Of a stretch of 64,000 bases of DNA, positions 11,859 to 23,232 are shown piece by piece (position 1 is the stretch's first letter; the number at the start of each line of letters is the position of its first letter). The translations under genes and the position numbers were made by a program. The notes beneath the pieces are model-generated. The model ran no database searches. It had not been told where the DNA came from and worked only from the letters and a program-made list of their open reading frames with translations. This DNA comes from Hyaloraphidium curvatum SAG 235-1 (lineage: Eukaryota; Fungi; Monoblepharomycota), in assembly GCA_025558095.1 (NCBI GenBank), contig JAIVFI010000006.1:845728-909727 (forward strand), written 5' to 3'.

Positions 11859-12755
11859 TCAGCTCGGGTTGCGGACGATATCCGCGACGACGGCAAAGTG
11901 GTCCGACCGCGGCATCGGCGTGCCGTCCGCGAGGCCGACGTCGACGGGATCCATCATGGCCGGCGCAGCCCGCTCAATCGACAGCCCGGGTCCGGCAAAC
12001 ACGTGGTCCAGCGAGTTCTCGCCGTCCTCTGCATTCACCCACTTGTTCTTTGACGGCGAGCAGGTAGCAAACAAGCCCGTATCCGGGGCGCAAGAAAAGC
12101 CAGGTAGCGCGGCCAGCAATGCCCCCCAAATCTCGGCGTCGTGCCCATGGCCCGCTCCCGCACGGGGCGGACCGACATTAAGGTCCCCCGCGAGCACGAC
12201 CGGCGCCCTCGGCAGGCCGCACGCGAACGCGCCCAGCTCCCTGATCTGCGACAGCCGCACCGCGCGGTTGTCGTTCCACGCGTAGGACGAGCACAGGTGC
12301 GTGTCGACCACCCACACGGGGCCGAAAGAGGGCACCTCGACCAGCGCGGCGACGGCAGATTTCCGCGCCGCGGCCTCGCCCTCCCTGAACACCTCCTTCC
12401 AGCTGCCGCGCGAGGAATACATCTTCCGGCGGACCTCCTTCACGGGGTGCTTCGACAAAACGAGCAGCCCCGAGTCCAGCGTCATGTGCCCGGCGCCGAC
12501 GGTCTCCAGCGGTTTCCCAATCCAGTTGAGCCAGTGGCCCGCGAAGCTGTCCGCGTCTCCGACATGCGGCCATCCCAGCGATTTGAACGCCGCCCTGCGA
12601 CGCGACGGCCAGAGCTCCTGGAGCAGCACGACGTCGGGCCCGTCGGGGTCGCGTGCGAGGGCGGCGAGCGCGTCGGCGACGGCGTCGAGCCGCTTGGGAC
12701 CACTCTTGACGCCGGGGACGTCCCAGACGTTCCAGGTCATTAGCTTTAGAGGCAT
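11859..12755 (-). CDS. Endonuclease/exonuclease/phosphatase family protein (sphingomyelinase-like), intronless
   Basis: LMTWNV, DVVLLQE, SGLLVLSKHP, DTHL, LAGDLN, LDHVF, SDH. Confidence 0.88.
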   Translation of the reverse strand: MPLKLMTWNVWDVPGVKSGPKRLDAVADALAALARDPDGPDVVLLQELWPSRRRAAFKSLGWPHVGDADSFAGHWLNWIGKPLETVGAGHMTLDSGLLVLSKHPVKEVRRKMYSSRGSWKEVFREGEAAARKSAVAALVEVPSFGPVWVVDTHLCSSYAWNDNRAVRLSQIRELGAFACGLPRAPVVLAGDLNVGPPRAGAGHGHDAEIWGALLAALPGFSCAPDTGLFATCSPSKNKWVNAEDGENSLDHVFAGPGLSIERAAPAMMDPVDVGLADGTPMPRSDHFAVVADIVRNPS

Positions 12756-13149
12756 GCCGGGCCGGAATCGTGCCGAGCCGGCGTGGGGTTCCCACGCTCG
12801 ATACACGTCCTGACGCCCACACTTCCTCCTGACGGCATATAATGTCTAGGGTATAATTTCGATCGCGGAAAATGGTGATCAGTCCATGTAGTGGGTCCGG
12901 TGCACTTCGTCACGCTGACGGCTTCGTCATCGCGTCCAGCTGCTCCGCACGAAGATGAACTGCGCGTAGTTGCACATCGCATCCAGCTGGAACCTCAGAG
13001 ACGCCTTGCCATGCGCGCCTCCCTATGGCCCCCGATCCACTAAGCGTCGCAATACCTCGCGATCCCGCACCGCTTGCGCGCCCGGAGCATGTCCTCGCAC
13101 CGGCGGGCATGCGCATCACGTCTCGCACTGGTTCGCGACGTAGCCGAAC

Positions 13150-14700
13150 ATGGTGGCGTACATCGCCTTTAACTGCTCCATCTCTTCACGTCTGAACCTC
13201 ATCCGCTAGGATCGTTGGTTTCTCGAGCATGTTGCAGCTGGCCAGGTCCGTGCCCACCTCGTAGTAGACCCTACTGGCAAACTGCTCGCCGACGGGAGTC
13301 GTGCACCACCGTTTGTGCACGAACAGGCGCTGCATGAGAAGACCGGCCCAGCCTCCGATGCTAGTGCCCGAGCCGCCGGCCTTCCGGCCTTGGTGCCACA
13401 AGACGTCGCAGGCCATCGCTTGCGATCCGATGGTGCTCAAGGCGTACCGGAGCTAGTCCAGGTTCGCGTCTAGCAGGATCGCCTCGAATGGTCTTTTAGC
13501 AGTGGTCCCCGTGGACCCGAATGGGGCCTGATCGATGGCAAGGAGGGCGCCCACCAACGGATGCGGATCCGGTGCCGACGCCAAAGACCGGAACTGACGA
13601 CGAGTGCTCGCGGCGCAGGTAGCCCTCGTGGCAACGGTCGAAGAGGAGACGTGGTTCGGGTTCACGGCCGCAACCAGAGGCATGAGATGTACGGGGTTGG
13701 GGTTTGGACGATGGGGCCGGTGAGAGCTAGGCGCTCTTTGGGAGCCCTAATTGGATAAGGTCTTGTCCGTTAGCAGGTGAGCTCCTTGATTCACGATGTC
13801 GGATCGGGGACGTGTCCATACCAGTCCATGTCCAACGCTCCGGCACCAGACCGGCCCCGGCCATTTTTGATCTGATCGAGCACGACGTCGATGCTTCCAT
13901 TGTACTGATCAACAGTTGACAAAGATTGAAACGGACATCAAGACCATGAAAAGGACCAGCCATGAGAAACGTCCCTCATCCTCCAGCGCATCGTCCTCGG
14001 CAGTAGAAACCTTGAAGAGGCCATCAGCAAGCCAAACCATTGACCTGGTGAAGGAAGGGCCTACCTCACAGCTTGCGCTCGACAGTGCGCCCCGGCAAAC
14101 CCTCCCGGAACTCGTCCCACTCAGAACCAAACTTCAGCTTCAGGACCTCCTCCAGGACACGTGTCTGGGCCTCGGCCTGTGCCCTCCTGACTGCCTCGTC
14201 CGCGCGGAGCTGTTCTGCCTTGACAGCCTGGTCAACACGGCGAGTTTCCGCCTTGGTGGCGCGTTAGCCCCAGAAGTTGCTAATGGGGGAATGCCGGTAC
14301 TCACCTCCCGAAGCTCCGTCTCCTTGACGAGCCCCAAATGCTCTTCCCGGTCCGCGGCTTCACGCTGCAGTCTCTCTTCTCTTACAGCACTTTGGCGCTC
14401 CATTCGCTCTTCCCTCAATGAGGCAAGCAGGCCCGTAGACAGAGTACCTGGTGAACGCGTCGGTTCCAGATGCGACCAAGCGACCAGGCACCGAAGTGTC
14501 ACCTGCGGCAAAAGTAACGCCAAGCAACGCAACCAAAAGCGTGCCACTCGAGAAGAAAGAATTTCGGAAACGCCGAGGCTCCTCGGCGCCTGCAGTTCCA
14601 CCGGAAGGAACGGCCGAGCCCGCCGCGCGCTGCGAGCGGCGAAAGGTGCCACGGACTCGGGCGGTGGGGCTCACGCGGCTCAGACGCGCGGCGTAGCGCG
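13150..14700 (-). pseudogene. Degenerate intron-containing gene relic with a coiled-coil N-terminus
   Basis: Lower GC than the flanking genes; intron-like GT..CTAAC/CTGAT..AG segments; reading frames broken by stops (TGA 14066-14068, TAG 13453-13455). Confidence 0.35.
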
Positions 14701-14859
14701 CCATGGATGATGCCGTAGCCTCGGCGGAGGACAGGCAAGGTTGGCAGTTTCCGGCGTTTCGCCGTGTGGACGGTGACAAGTTGTTTTGTTGTCACTGGTG
14801 TCACCGGACACCGGTCGTGTAATGATCAAGCACAACGCGAATGAGGTTGAAGACTTTAG

Positions 14860-17158
14860 CTAATGCGTATGCGACTTCTCGGCCTCCGGCGGCGCGCTCC
14901 TCGGCGACGGATCCGCCGCGACCGGCGACGGCTCCGTCATCACTGGGGACCCCAGCTGCAGCCCCGACGCCATCGACCCCGACGACATCGACCGCCCCAC
15001 CACGATCCCAGATCCGCCGTACGACCCCGCCCGGTTCACCGCCAGGAAATCCGGGTGGAGCCCCCTCGCCTCCTCCGCCGCGATGACCGCATGCCCGTGC
15101 GGCACCGCGATCTCGATCCCGTCCACCCGCACGATCGACGCCGGCTTCCTCCCGCGCACCCGCGGGCTGAGGTTCCCCGACGCCCCGCGCATGCCGTCGA
15201 TCGCCCCCGACGGCGCGCGGAGGCTCCCCGACGCCATCCGCGCGACGTCCGGGGACAGCGAGAACGAAATGGCGCCGCTGGCCACCCGCGACAGGTCCCC
15301 GCTGGCCATCCCCGTTGGATCGGCGGCGGAAAGCGCGCTCGCGGCACGCAGCAGGGCTTCCCGCCGGGCGAGATCCTCCATCTCCTCCCTCGCCTTGGCC
15401 AGGTCCTCGTCCAGGCTCCTCCGGTCCATCTGCTCCCTCTCCCCCTCCCCTGCCTCGCCCTCGGCCCGCTCATCCCCAATCACGTGGATCTTGAGCGCGC
15501 GGAACACCCTGTCCGTCGTGCTGATGACGAAATCGTGCGCCTTCCTCCTGAAGCTCCCGGGCTTGCCGATGTCGATCTGGCCCGCGAGGTACTCCCCCGT
15601 CGCCTCCAGCTTCTCCCTCCCGTAGGCGGACTTTTCGAGCTGCGTCCGCACCGAGTACCTTTTCCCGACGTAGTACGCCATCAGCCAGAGGTTCGCGACG
15701 AGGAGCAGCGCAATGAGCAGGCCGCAGGCCAACCAGAGCCACTCGAACGTGCCCTCGGGGAGCTGCACGAGGATGGCGATGTTGAAGAGGATCCAGAAAG
15801 GGAGGATAAAGCGGCGGCAGAACATGTCCAGCTCGTGGGCTGCGGGGCCGCGTGAGCGGGGCAGGGCCGGCAGGGGCGCGGGGATCGACCCACCGACGAT
15901 GTGGTTGTTCTCCCGCTGGACGAGGTGGTGGATGATGGCGACCTCGAGGAGGGAGAAGAAGGCGACGATGAAGGAGATGAAGACGTACCAGTCGACTTGG
16001 GTCTGCGGCGCGGGTGAGCACAGGCTTGGACCTCGAACCGGACGCACGTACCGCATAGTTGACGAGAGGCAAGCCCGCCGTCACGGAGTTGTAGAAGCTG
16101 ATGATGGTGAGCACGAGCGTGATGCACAGCCCCAGCCGCTCGGGCACGGCCTCGACGCTGAACCAGTAGCTGACGGCGGTCAGGGCGACGAGCAGCCCCA
16201 GCGGGAGGAAGCTCTTGAGGTAGTACGATCCCGTCTTGCGAGACATGCGGATGTCGAAGAGGAGCATCTCGAACGCCGGCACACCCTCGCGCGCCTCGTA
16301 GCGGATCTTGTCCGTGGTGTACGAGAGGTAGTCCCACGTGACGGACGAGAACATGGCCGCGTTGATGCGCGGGAACACGGGCTCGGACCGCCACTCGAGC
16401 GCGAGCTCGAGTTCATTGTAGCTGTAGCTCGTCACGGGCAGCTGCAGCGTCTGCGAGTCGAAGGGAAACTGCGCCAGCTCGAACTGGTTCCGCAGCTCGA
16501 CGCGGAACTGCCGCGACCAGAATATGTCGCCCGTGTAGGGGGTCAGCTTGACGACCTCGTTGAGCATCTCGCCGCCGACTTCGGTGCCGAAGTAGATGTC
16601 CGGGGACCAGATGTCGTGCGTGGGGCCCTGTCCGTTGCCCAGGCTCGTCGAGCCCTGGTAGCGCCAGTCCGAGCCATTGGAGGGCGGGATGTCCTCCTGG
16701 GTCACGCGCAGCCGGGGGTCGTTCCAGTACAGGCGGAGGAACACGTCGATGTTGAAGGTCGAGGCGACGGGGTCTATAGAGTAGAGGCGATTGACGCGCA
16801 GCTGGGCCCGCACCAGCACGGGCGGGCCGAGGAATCCGGGCCGCGTCATTGCGTCGTACCCGGTGCCCTCGCCCACGGTGTTGGAGACCAGGACTTGGGT
16901 CGCATTGTCCGCGGAGAACCCTTCGAAGAGCCGCGGCGCGAGCCGGCGGCCGTCCGCGGCATCCCCGCAGTTTTGAGGCTCCGGCCGGGTCGGGTCGATC
17001 GCCGTCACTTTCAGAGAGCGTGGCCGGTGGCCCCTGGAGCCCGGCTGGCCGGCCAGCAGCGGGGCGGAAGTGGCCGACCGGGCAGCGTCCCCGGGCGTCC
17101 CCAGCGCCGCCAGCACCGCGAGCAGCAGCGCGGCCGCGGCGGTGGCGAGTCCGCGCAT
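14860..17158 (-). CDS. Pentameric ligand-gated ion channel subunit A (Cys-less/Pro-loop type), 2 introns
   Basis: Signal peptide; YWNDPRL; IWSPDIYF; FPFDSQ Pro-loop; M1 YYLKSFLP; M2 PERLGLCITLVLTIISF; LPLVNY; M3 DWYVFISF. Introns 16003-16051 and 15840-15893. Confidence 0.9.
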
Positions 17159-17362
17159 CGTCCTCAACAGAGTATTATGTTTTCCGGGCGGGAGACGGCG
17201 GCAGTCAGGTGTCGGCCGCGGGCTCCAAGGTGCGTCACGCCCGCCATCCCGAAATCAGGGACGCGCAATGGCATCCTCCGTCGACGCCTCCGAGCACCTG
17301 CGGTCCCGCATCTGAGCTTTCTGAGTTCCCGCTGAGTGACTGCCCACCGGCCGGCGCCCGGA

Positions 17363-18960
17363 ATGGTGTCGCGGCAGTGTCTCCCGGCCGCGGGTTTCCT
17401 TGCCGCCCTCGCCCTTCTCGGGGTGGCGGTTCTGCCCCGCCCCGTCTCCGCGGTCGTGGACGGGTGGGCGGCCGAGAATGCTACGGCACGCATCTTCGCG
17501 GACATCGCCGGGGCCGGCTACGACGCCCGCACCCGACCTGGGTTCTCGCGCGCACCGACAAACATCTCGGCGCAGTTCAGGCTCAACAGCCTGTTTGCCG
17601 TGGACCCCGTGGCGACCAGCTTCACCCTGGACGTCGGGCTGCTGCTGCAGTGGACCGACCCGCGGCTGCTCCTCGACGTGCCGGGCTCGTACCCGCTCCC
17701 GCCGACGCAGGACATCCGCGTGGTGGGCTCCGTGGACCTGGGCAACGGCCATGGACCCCCGCACTTTGTCTGGACCCCGGACGTCTACTTCGAGAACCAG
17801 ATCTCCCGCACCGTGCTCTCGGAGATCGCCAAGTTCAACCCCGCCACGGGCGGCGTGCTCCTCCGCCGGCACTTCCTCGTCGAGCTCAAGGGCGACTTTG
17901 ACTTCCACTCGTACCCGTTCGACAGGCAGTGGCTGCCCGTGTGGCTCACGCCGTGGTCGTACAACTCGGACGAGGTCACGATGTACTGGGCGCCCAGCCC
18001 AGTGTGGCCGGTGGTCAACGGATCGACGTTCAAGCACACCGTCTGGGACTTTGAGACCTACACCATCGAGCGCGAGGTGTTCTACTCGCGGGAAAACCTG
18101 CCCCCGTACGACCGGCTCAAGATGAACATCCTCATCTCGCGGCGGTCGACTTCCTACATCATCAAGGTCATCCTGCCCATCATCCTGCTCGTCTCCCTGA
18201 CGGCGGTCAACTTCTGGCTGTCCGTCGACGCCGTCACGGACCGGCTCGCGCTCGTCATCACCCTCATCCTCACCATCGTGTCCTTCTACAACTCGGTCTC
18301 GCAGGAGCTGCCCTTGGTCAACTACCCCGTGGGTCCCGACGCGCTTTACCCAGATACTGCGCTCACCCGGCCCCGTTCCAGACGACGGTCGACTACTACG
18401 TCGTCGCCGCCTTCCTGGTCGTCTTCCTCTCCCTCATCGAGGTCGCCACCGTGCACCACCACGTGCAGCGCGAGGGCGACGTCGTCCTCGCCACCGAGCT
18501 CGACTACTTCTCCCGCAGGACGATGCTCCCCGTGTGGGCCGCGTTCCAGCTCGTCCTCGTGCAGACGGGGCAGTGGCTCGGGATTTTGACTGGGGTGATC
18601 ATCTTTTCGATCATCATATTCAATGCATGGATCATGAAGTACCGCATCGTGCGGCGTCGCCAGCCCCGGGGCGGGGGCGGCCCGCCACCGTGGCCCGCGT
18701 GGGTTGAGCGTCTGGGCAAGGCGACGGATGCGGGGTACGCGTTCTTGGGGATGAAGCCGCCCGTGAGCGACGAGGAGAGCGCGGTGCGGGTGCTGCGGGA
18801 GCAGGCGGACGCGATCAGGGTGCGGGTGGAGGAGGCGGAGAGGAGGGCGGCGGGGTGGGATGGGTTGGATGCGGTGAGGGTGGACGATGCGGGGTGGGTG
18901 TCTGGTGCGGAAGGGGAAGGTGGCGGTCGAGACCGGGGGCTGTGGGACGAGAAGGGGTAG
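17363..18960 (+). CDS. Pentameric ligand-gated ion channel subunit B (Cys-less/Pro-loop type), 1 intron
   Basis: Signal peptide; YDARTRP; QWTDPRL; VWTPDVYFEN; YPFDRQ; M1 YIIKVILP; M2 TDRLALVITLILTIVSF; LPLVNY. Intron 18329-18381. Confidence 0.9.
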
Positions 18961-19128
18961 ATGCGGGGGGTGATTGTCGCATCCATTCCGCTGCACCGAA
19001 TAGCCACGGCGTTGACTTCGAGCCTCGGATGTTTTCGGGCGAGCAGCACCTGGAAAGCAAGCGGAGATTCGAGCACGCTTCGGGCTGTTGGGCCGCGCGT
19101 GCCGATGCGCGCAGCCGTCCGCGCAAAC

Positions 19129-20082
19129 ATGCTCTCCCGCATTCCCCCTCGCACCGTCGTCTGCACCGTTTTCGACCCGTTCGCCTCCTCTCCGCGCGAT
19201 GCGATGCCCGAACGCCGCACCGTGCGGCTGCCGCCCCCGCCTTCGCCTTCCTTGGCCCCCGCCGACGCGCCGAGTGAATCCTCACCCCGAACGTTTCTGG
19301 CCTACTTCCCGGGCTTCATGTCGCTCCGCAACTCCGTCAAACCCGAATTCCTGCTCTCGAAGTGCCGCGAGCTCACCGCGATGGGACGCCCTTTGGGCTT
19401 CTTCGCGCCGGACTGGTCCGGCACCGGCGACTCCGCCTGCGCAGCAACCGCCTCCCACCACGACCACCCACCCTTGGACTTCAAGGACTGCGGCATCGAC
19501 ACCTGGCTCTCCGACGCCGTCAGCACCCTCCTCTCCGCCCTCCGCCCGTCCCCCTCTTCACCCGCGGACGTGTTCCTCGCCGGCGCCAGCATGGGCGCCT
19601 GGCTCGCCCCCCTGACCGCCGCCGAGCTGCGCAGTACCCCCGGATTGAACATCAGGGGGTTGATGCTGCTCTGCCCGGGGTTCGATTTCGCTTCGCTGCT
19701 GTTCCGCGGGGACCCGGCCGTCGGCGCCGCCAGGAGGGCCGAGCTGGACGAGAAGGGCAAGTTCGTGGTGCCGAGCGAGTACCAGCCGGGTGGGTACGTG
19801 ATCAGCAGGCGGCTTGTGGAGTCGGCGGAGGAGCTGGCGCTGCTGGACGGATCGGACTACGCGGCGGGGGTGCGCGAGGCGGTGAGGGGGATCCCGGTTT
19901 CGGTGCTCTACGCCAAGGACGACCAGAACGTGCCGCCGGAGCACATGGCGAGGGCCGCGGCGTGGTTCGATGCGGGGGATGTGAGGGAGGTGGTGGCGCT
20001 GGAGGAGGGAGGGCACAGGCTGAGCGGGGAGGGGGAGCTGCAAGTGATCTGGGAGTGCTTTGGGAGGCTTGCCTCGCTGTAG
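19129..20082 (+). CDS. Alpha/beta hydrolase, ABHD10-like
   Basis: YFPGFMS..K, DWSGTGDS, GASMG nucleophile elbow, DQNVP, GGHRLS. Start codon uncertain. Confidence 0.8.
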   Translation: MLSRIPPRTVVCTVFDPFASSPRDAMPERRTVRLPPPPSPSLAPADAPSESSPRTFLAYFPGFMSLRNSVKPEFLLSKCRELTAMGRPLGFFAPDWSGTGDSACAATASHHDHPPLDFKDCGIDTWLSDAVSTLLSALRPSPSSPADVFLAGASMGAWLAPLTAAELRSTPGLNIRGLMLLCPGFDFASLLFRGDPAVGAARRAELDEKGKFVVPSEYQPGGYVISRRLVESAEELALLDGSDYAAGVREAVRGIPVSVLYAKDDQNVPPEHMARAAAWFDAGDVREVVALEEGGHRLSGEGELQVIWECFGRLASL

Positions 20083-20160
20083 TCATGCGGCGGGGAACGA
20101 TTCAATACTTCCATAGCAACGATATTCCCAAACAGTATCCGAAATCCAGCCCGAATCGGC

Positions 20161-22369
20161 TCACAAGTTATCTAAGATCCCCTTCAGCTCGTCTGCGACG
20201 TCCCCGAACGACGGCCTCGTAGCGGCATCCATCGCCCAGCACCTCTGCATCAGCGCCCACGTGGCATCCGGGGTCCCGCGCGGCCGCGGGGGCCTGAAAG
20301 GAGGGTCGTTTTGCAGCCGCGCACCGAGCGCCTGAAGGTCAATTTGCCGCAGGGCGGGAATCCACATCCCCTCGTCCTGGATCTCGTCCCAGAGGGGGAT
20401 GTCGCCCTCGGAAAGGAGCTCCCACATGGTCATTGCGAAGGCGTACACGTCCGTGGCTGTACCCGGTTTCGCCCGGGCGGAGAACACTGTGCAGCGAAGC
20501 ACGCAGGTCAGCAGACGCTAGAGTCCCTACGCGTGCATGGGGACAGACTTTCTGGCGCCATATAGTTCGGCGTTCCCCCACCGCGGTCCGTGGACTGCAG
20601 CGCCGCGGTCGTCCGTATCTTGGACATGCCGAAGTCGGAGACCTTGGCGACGCCGTTCGCGTCCACGAGGATGTTGCCGCCCTTGAGGTCCAGATGCAGG
20701 ATCGGCGTCGGCCTCGAATGGAGGTGGTTCATCCCGAGCGCGACCTGAAAGAGGAGGTGGTGCACCACGCGTGGCTCGTATGCCTTTGGCCGCAGCTTGT
20801 CGAGGTAATCCGTGGCGGTGCCACCGGCCATGAAAAGCGTGACGAGGCAAAGGGGCTCGCGGCACCATCCCATGAGGGGCAAAACTGTGCGTGAGGCGCG
20901 GTGGTTCAATCTAGGATGGTTGCAAACGAGCAACAGCCGATCTCACCGTTCTCGTGGTACGGCAGCCGGGACCACAGCTCCATCTCCTGCTCGAGCCCCG
21001 CGATGGCATTTTCGAGCTGCCTGCCCTTGAGGTTCGAGCCGCGGATCATCTTGATCGCGACCTTGGTATACTTCTGGTACGTCCCTTCGATCACCGTGCC
21101 GAAGCCGCCCTGGCCGAGATAGCGCCCCTGCTCGAGGTGCTTGCCTTCGATTTCGTAGCTGCTCTTGGAGCTTCGTTGCTTGTCTGCGGGAGGGGAAGGC
21201 TCCGTCCGGGATCGCGGCGCGATAGCGGGGTCGTACACGCTGTCCCCGCGCGCCTGCTTGGCCATCTCCTGTGCCTCGGCGATTTTGCGCTCGGCTTCCT
21301 GCTCCCGCAATTTGACCTCTTCCAGGCGTTGTGCGAGCTCGGCCTCGCGCTCCCGGGCCTGCCGATCCCGGGCTTCGTTCTCGAGCTGCTGCTGCTTCCG
21401 GAGGGCTTCCGCCTCGCCGGCTTCCCGCTGTCGTTGCCGCGTGGCCTGCTGTTCGGCTTCGATGATCCTCCGCCGCACGGCCTCTGCGGCCCGTTGCCGC
21501 TCCGACTCCCGCAAACGCTCCGCCTCCCGCAAACGCTCGACCTCCAGTAGTAGCTCGGCCTCCCGCGCTCGCTCCGCGTCTCCGCGGCGCTCGGCCTCGA
21601 GTTCCCTCTGCTTCTGCAGTGCCCTTTCCTTCCTTCCCGGATCTTTGAGGGTATCCTTGATTTGTTCGAGCAGGATAAAGGAGACTTGGTTGTCCGTAGC
21701 AAAGGCAAGGGGGTGGGTTTCTCCAGGAAACTTCAGGTCGAGATTGGTCAGGAAAGGATTGAGTTCGACCGCGGAAAGGAGGGCACGGGCGCCCTCGTCC
21801 CCGATCGAGTTGTTCCACAGCTGCAGCTCCCTCAGCACAGTGTTCCACTTCAGCATCTCGGCGAGCGCGCGGGCGCCGTCGTCCCCGATGGAGTTGCGGT
21901 GCAGGTCCAGGTTGGTCAGCGCCAAGTTGGCCTTCAGTGCCTCTGCTAGCGCGCGGGCTCCCTCGTTCCCGATGTGGTTGTTGCTCAGGTCCAGAGTGTC
22001 CAGCGCCGAGTTCCCCTTCAGCGCCTCGGCCAGCGCGCGAACACCGTCGTCGCCAATGGAATTGTTTCGCAGCTTCAGTGCTGTAATTGACGCGTGCTCT
22101 TTCAGCGCCTCCGCAAGCGCGATGGCCTCCATGTCGCCGAGGGACTCTCCGCAGGCGCTGAAGTCCCACCCCAGCCCCGCGAGCCATGGGGACCGGTACT
22201 TCGCATGGCCCGCGAGCCGTGCGCGCCAGTACTCCGCATCGCCCTTTGTCGGCTCGGCGGCCCCTAGCGCCGGCGGTGGGGGGGAGGGTTGCGCAGAGGC
22301 CTGCTGCGGGGGCGGCCGCGCATCGCTGTCCTCCTTCCCCCCCCCGCCGATGCCGAAGAGCTTCTTCAT
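20161..22369 (-). CDS. RNI-type LRR + coiled coil + TKL protein kinase (paralog 1), 2 introns
   Basis: Repeats of LxLxxNxIGDxGARALAEALKxN; E/R-rich coil; LGQGGFGTV, VAIK, HLDLKGGN, DFG, APE. Introns 20885-20946 and 20487-20548. Confidence 0.9.
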
Positions 22370-22424
22370 CGCGCCACCCTCGCCGACCCGCGGCGCTCCG
22401 CAGAGGCCCGCGAGGTAGCGTGGG

Positions 22425-22457
22425 TTGACTGACTGACTGACAACGGGGCAAGGGATT
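22425..22457 (-). promoter_or_regulatory. AATCCCTT-N8-(GTCA)4 motif upstream of LRR-kinase 1
   Basis: The same bipartite motif occurs at 28751-28783 and 45154-45190. Confidence 0.55.
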
Positions 22458-22728
22458 CGCTCGCCCCGCCAAGCTCGTTCCGACGCCGCCCTCCTCCCCG
22501 CCGCCGGTCTGCCCGGAGCGCGAGGGATTGGTTCCGTGCCTGTGACGGACAGCGGGGGACGGCCGGACGGATATCAACGCCGTCCTTCCCGAGCCGTGCA
22601 CCCCAACGGGAGACAGTCGGCGCCTTGCGGCCACATCAAACCCCACTCCTCGGCGTCTGAGCTCCATCCAACGCGCCCTCCCCGCGCCCCACTCTTCATT
22701 CTCTCCCCGCCGCTGCCGGCCCACCGCG

Positions 22729-23022
22729 ATGCCCAACCTCGTGCTCCTCGTGGAGCTCGAAATCGCCCCTGGCAACGAATCCGCCTGCACTGCCGCGATG
22801 CTCAAGAACGCCGCCGCCAGCCGCGAGGAACCGGGCTGCCTGCAATTCGACGTCCTCGTGGACCCCGAGAACGTGCGCAAGGTGCGGTTCTACGAGGTCT
22901 ACAAGGACGCCGACGCGCTGGGGGAGCACCAGAAGACGGAGCACTTCAAGGAGTGGTTGGAGAAGGGGGTGCCGCTGTTGGCGTCGAGGCAGAGGACCAC
23001 GTGGACTAGGATCGCTCCGTGA
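22729..23022 (+). CDS. ABM-domain (antibiotic biosynthesis monooxygenase / LsrG-like) protein, intronless
   Basis: SREEPGCLQFDVL, FYEVYKDADAL..HQKTEHF. Confidence 0.88.
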   Translation: MPNLVLLVELEIAPGNESACTAAMLKNAAASREEPGCLQFDVLVDPENVRKVRFYEVYKDADALGEHQKTEHFKEWLEKGVPLLASRQRTTWTRIAP

Positions 23023-23232
23023 TGACGGTAGTGGGGGGAACGGACGCGTTTCGGGCATTGGGGGACAGTCGCGTCCCGATTTGCCGATTTGGACGCGCTA
23101 CCGGGCTGCCGTGACCAATGAGCCAGTTAGGAAAGGGGAGCGGACGCTCTGGGACAACCTGGAGTGGGACTAGACGACGAGCTATTGAGCCGGCCTCACG
23201 ACCGTGCTATGTACATCAGATTCCTTCTTGGC

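Noticed and set aside
13453-13455. Stop-codon reassignment suggested by in-frame TAGs in relic regions
   Set aside because: Intact genes end normally in TAG, TGA and TAA, and the relics contain all stop types, consistent with decay.
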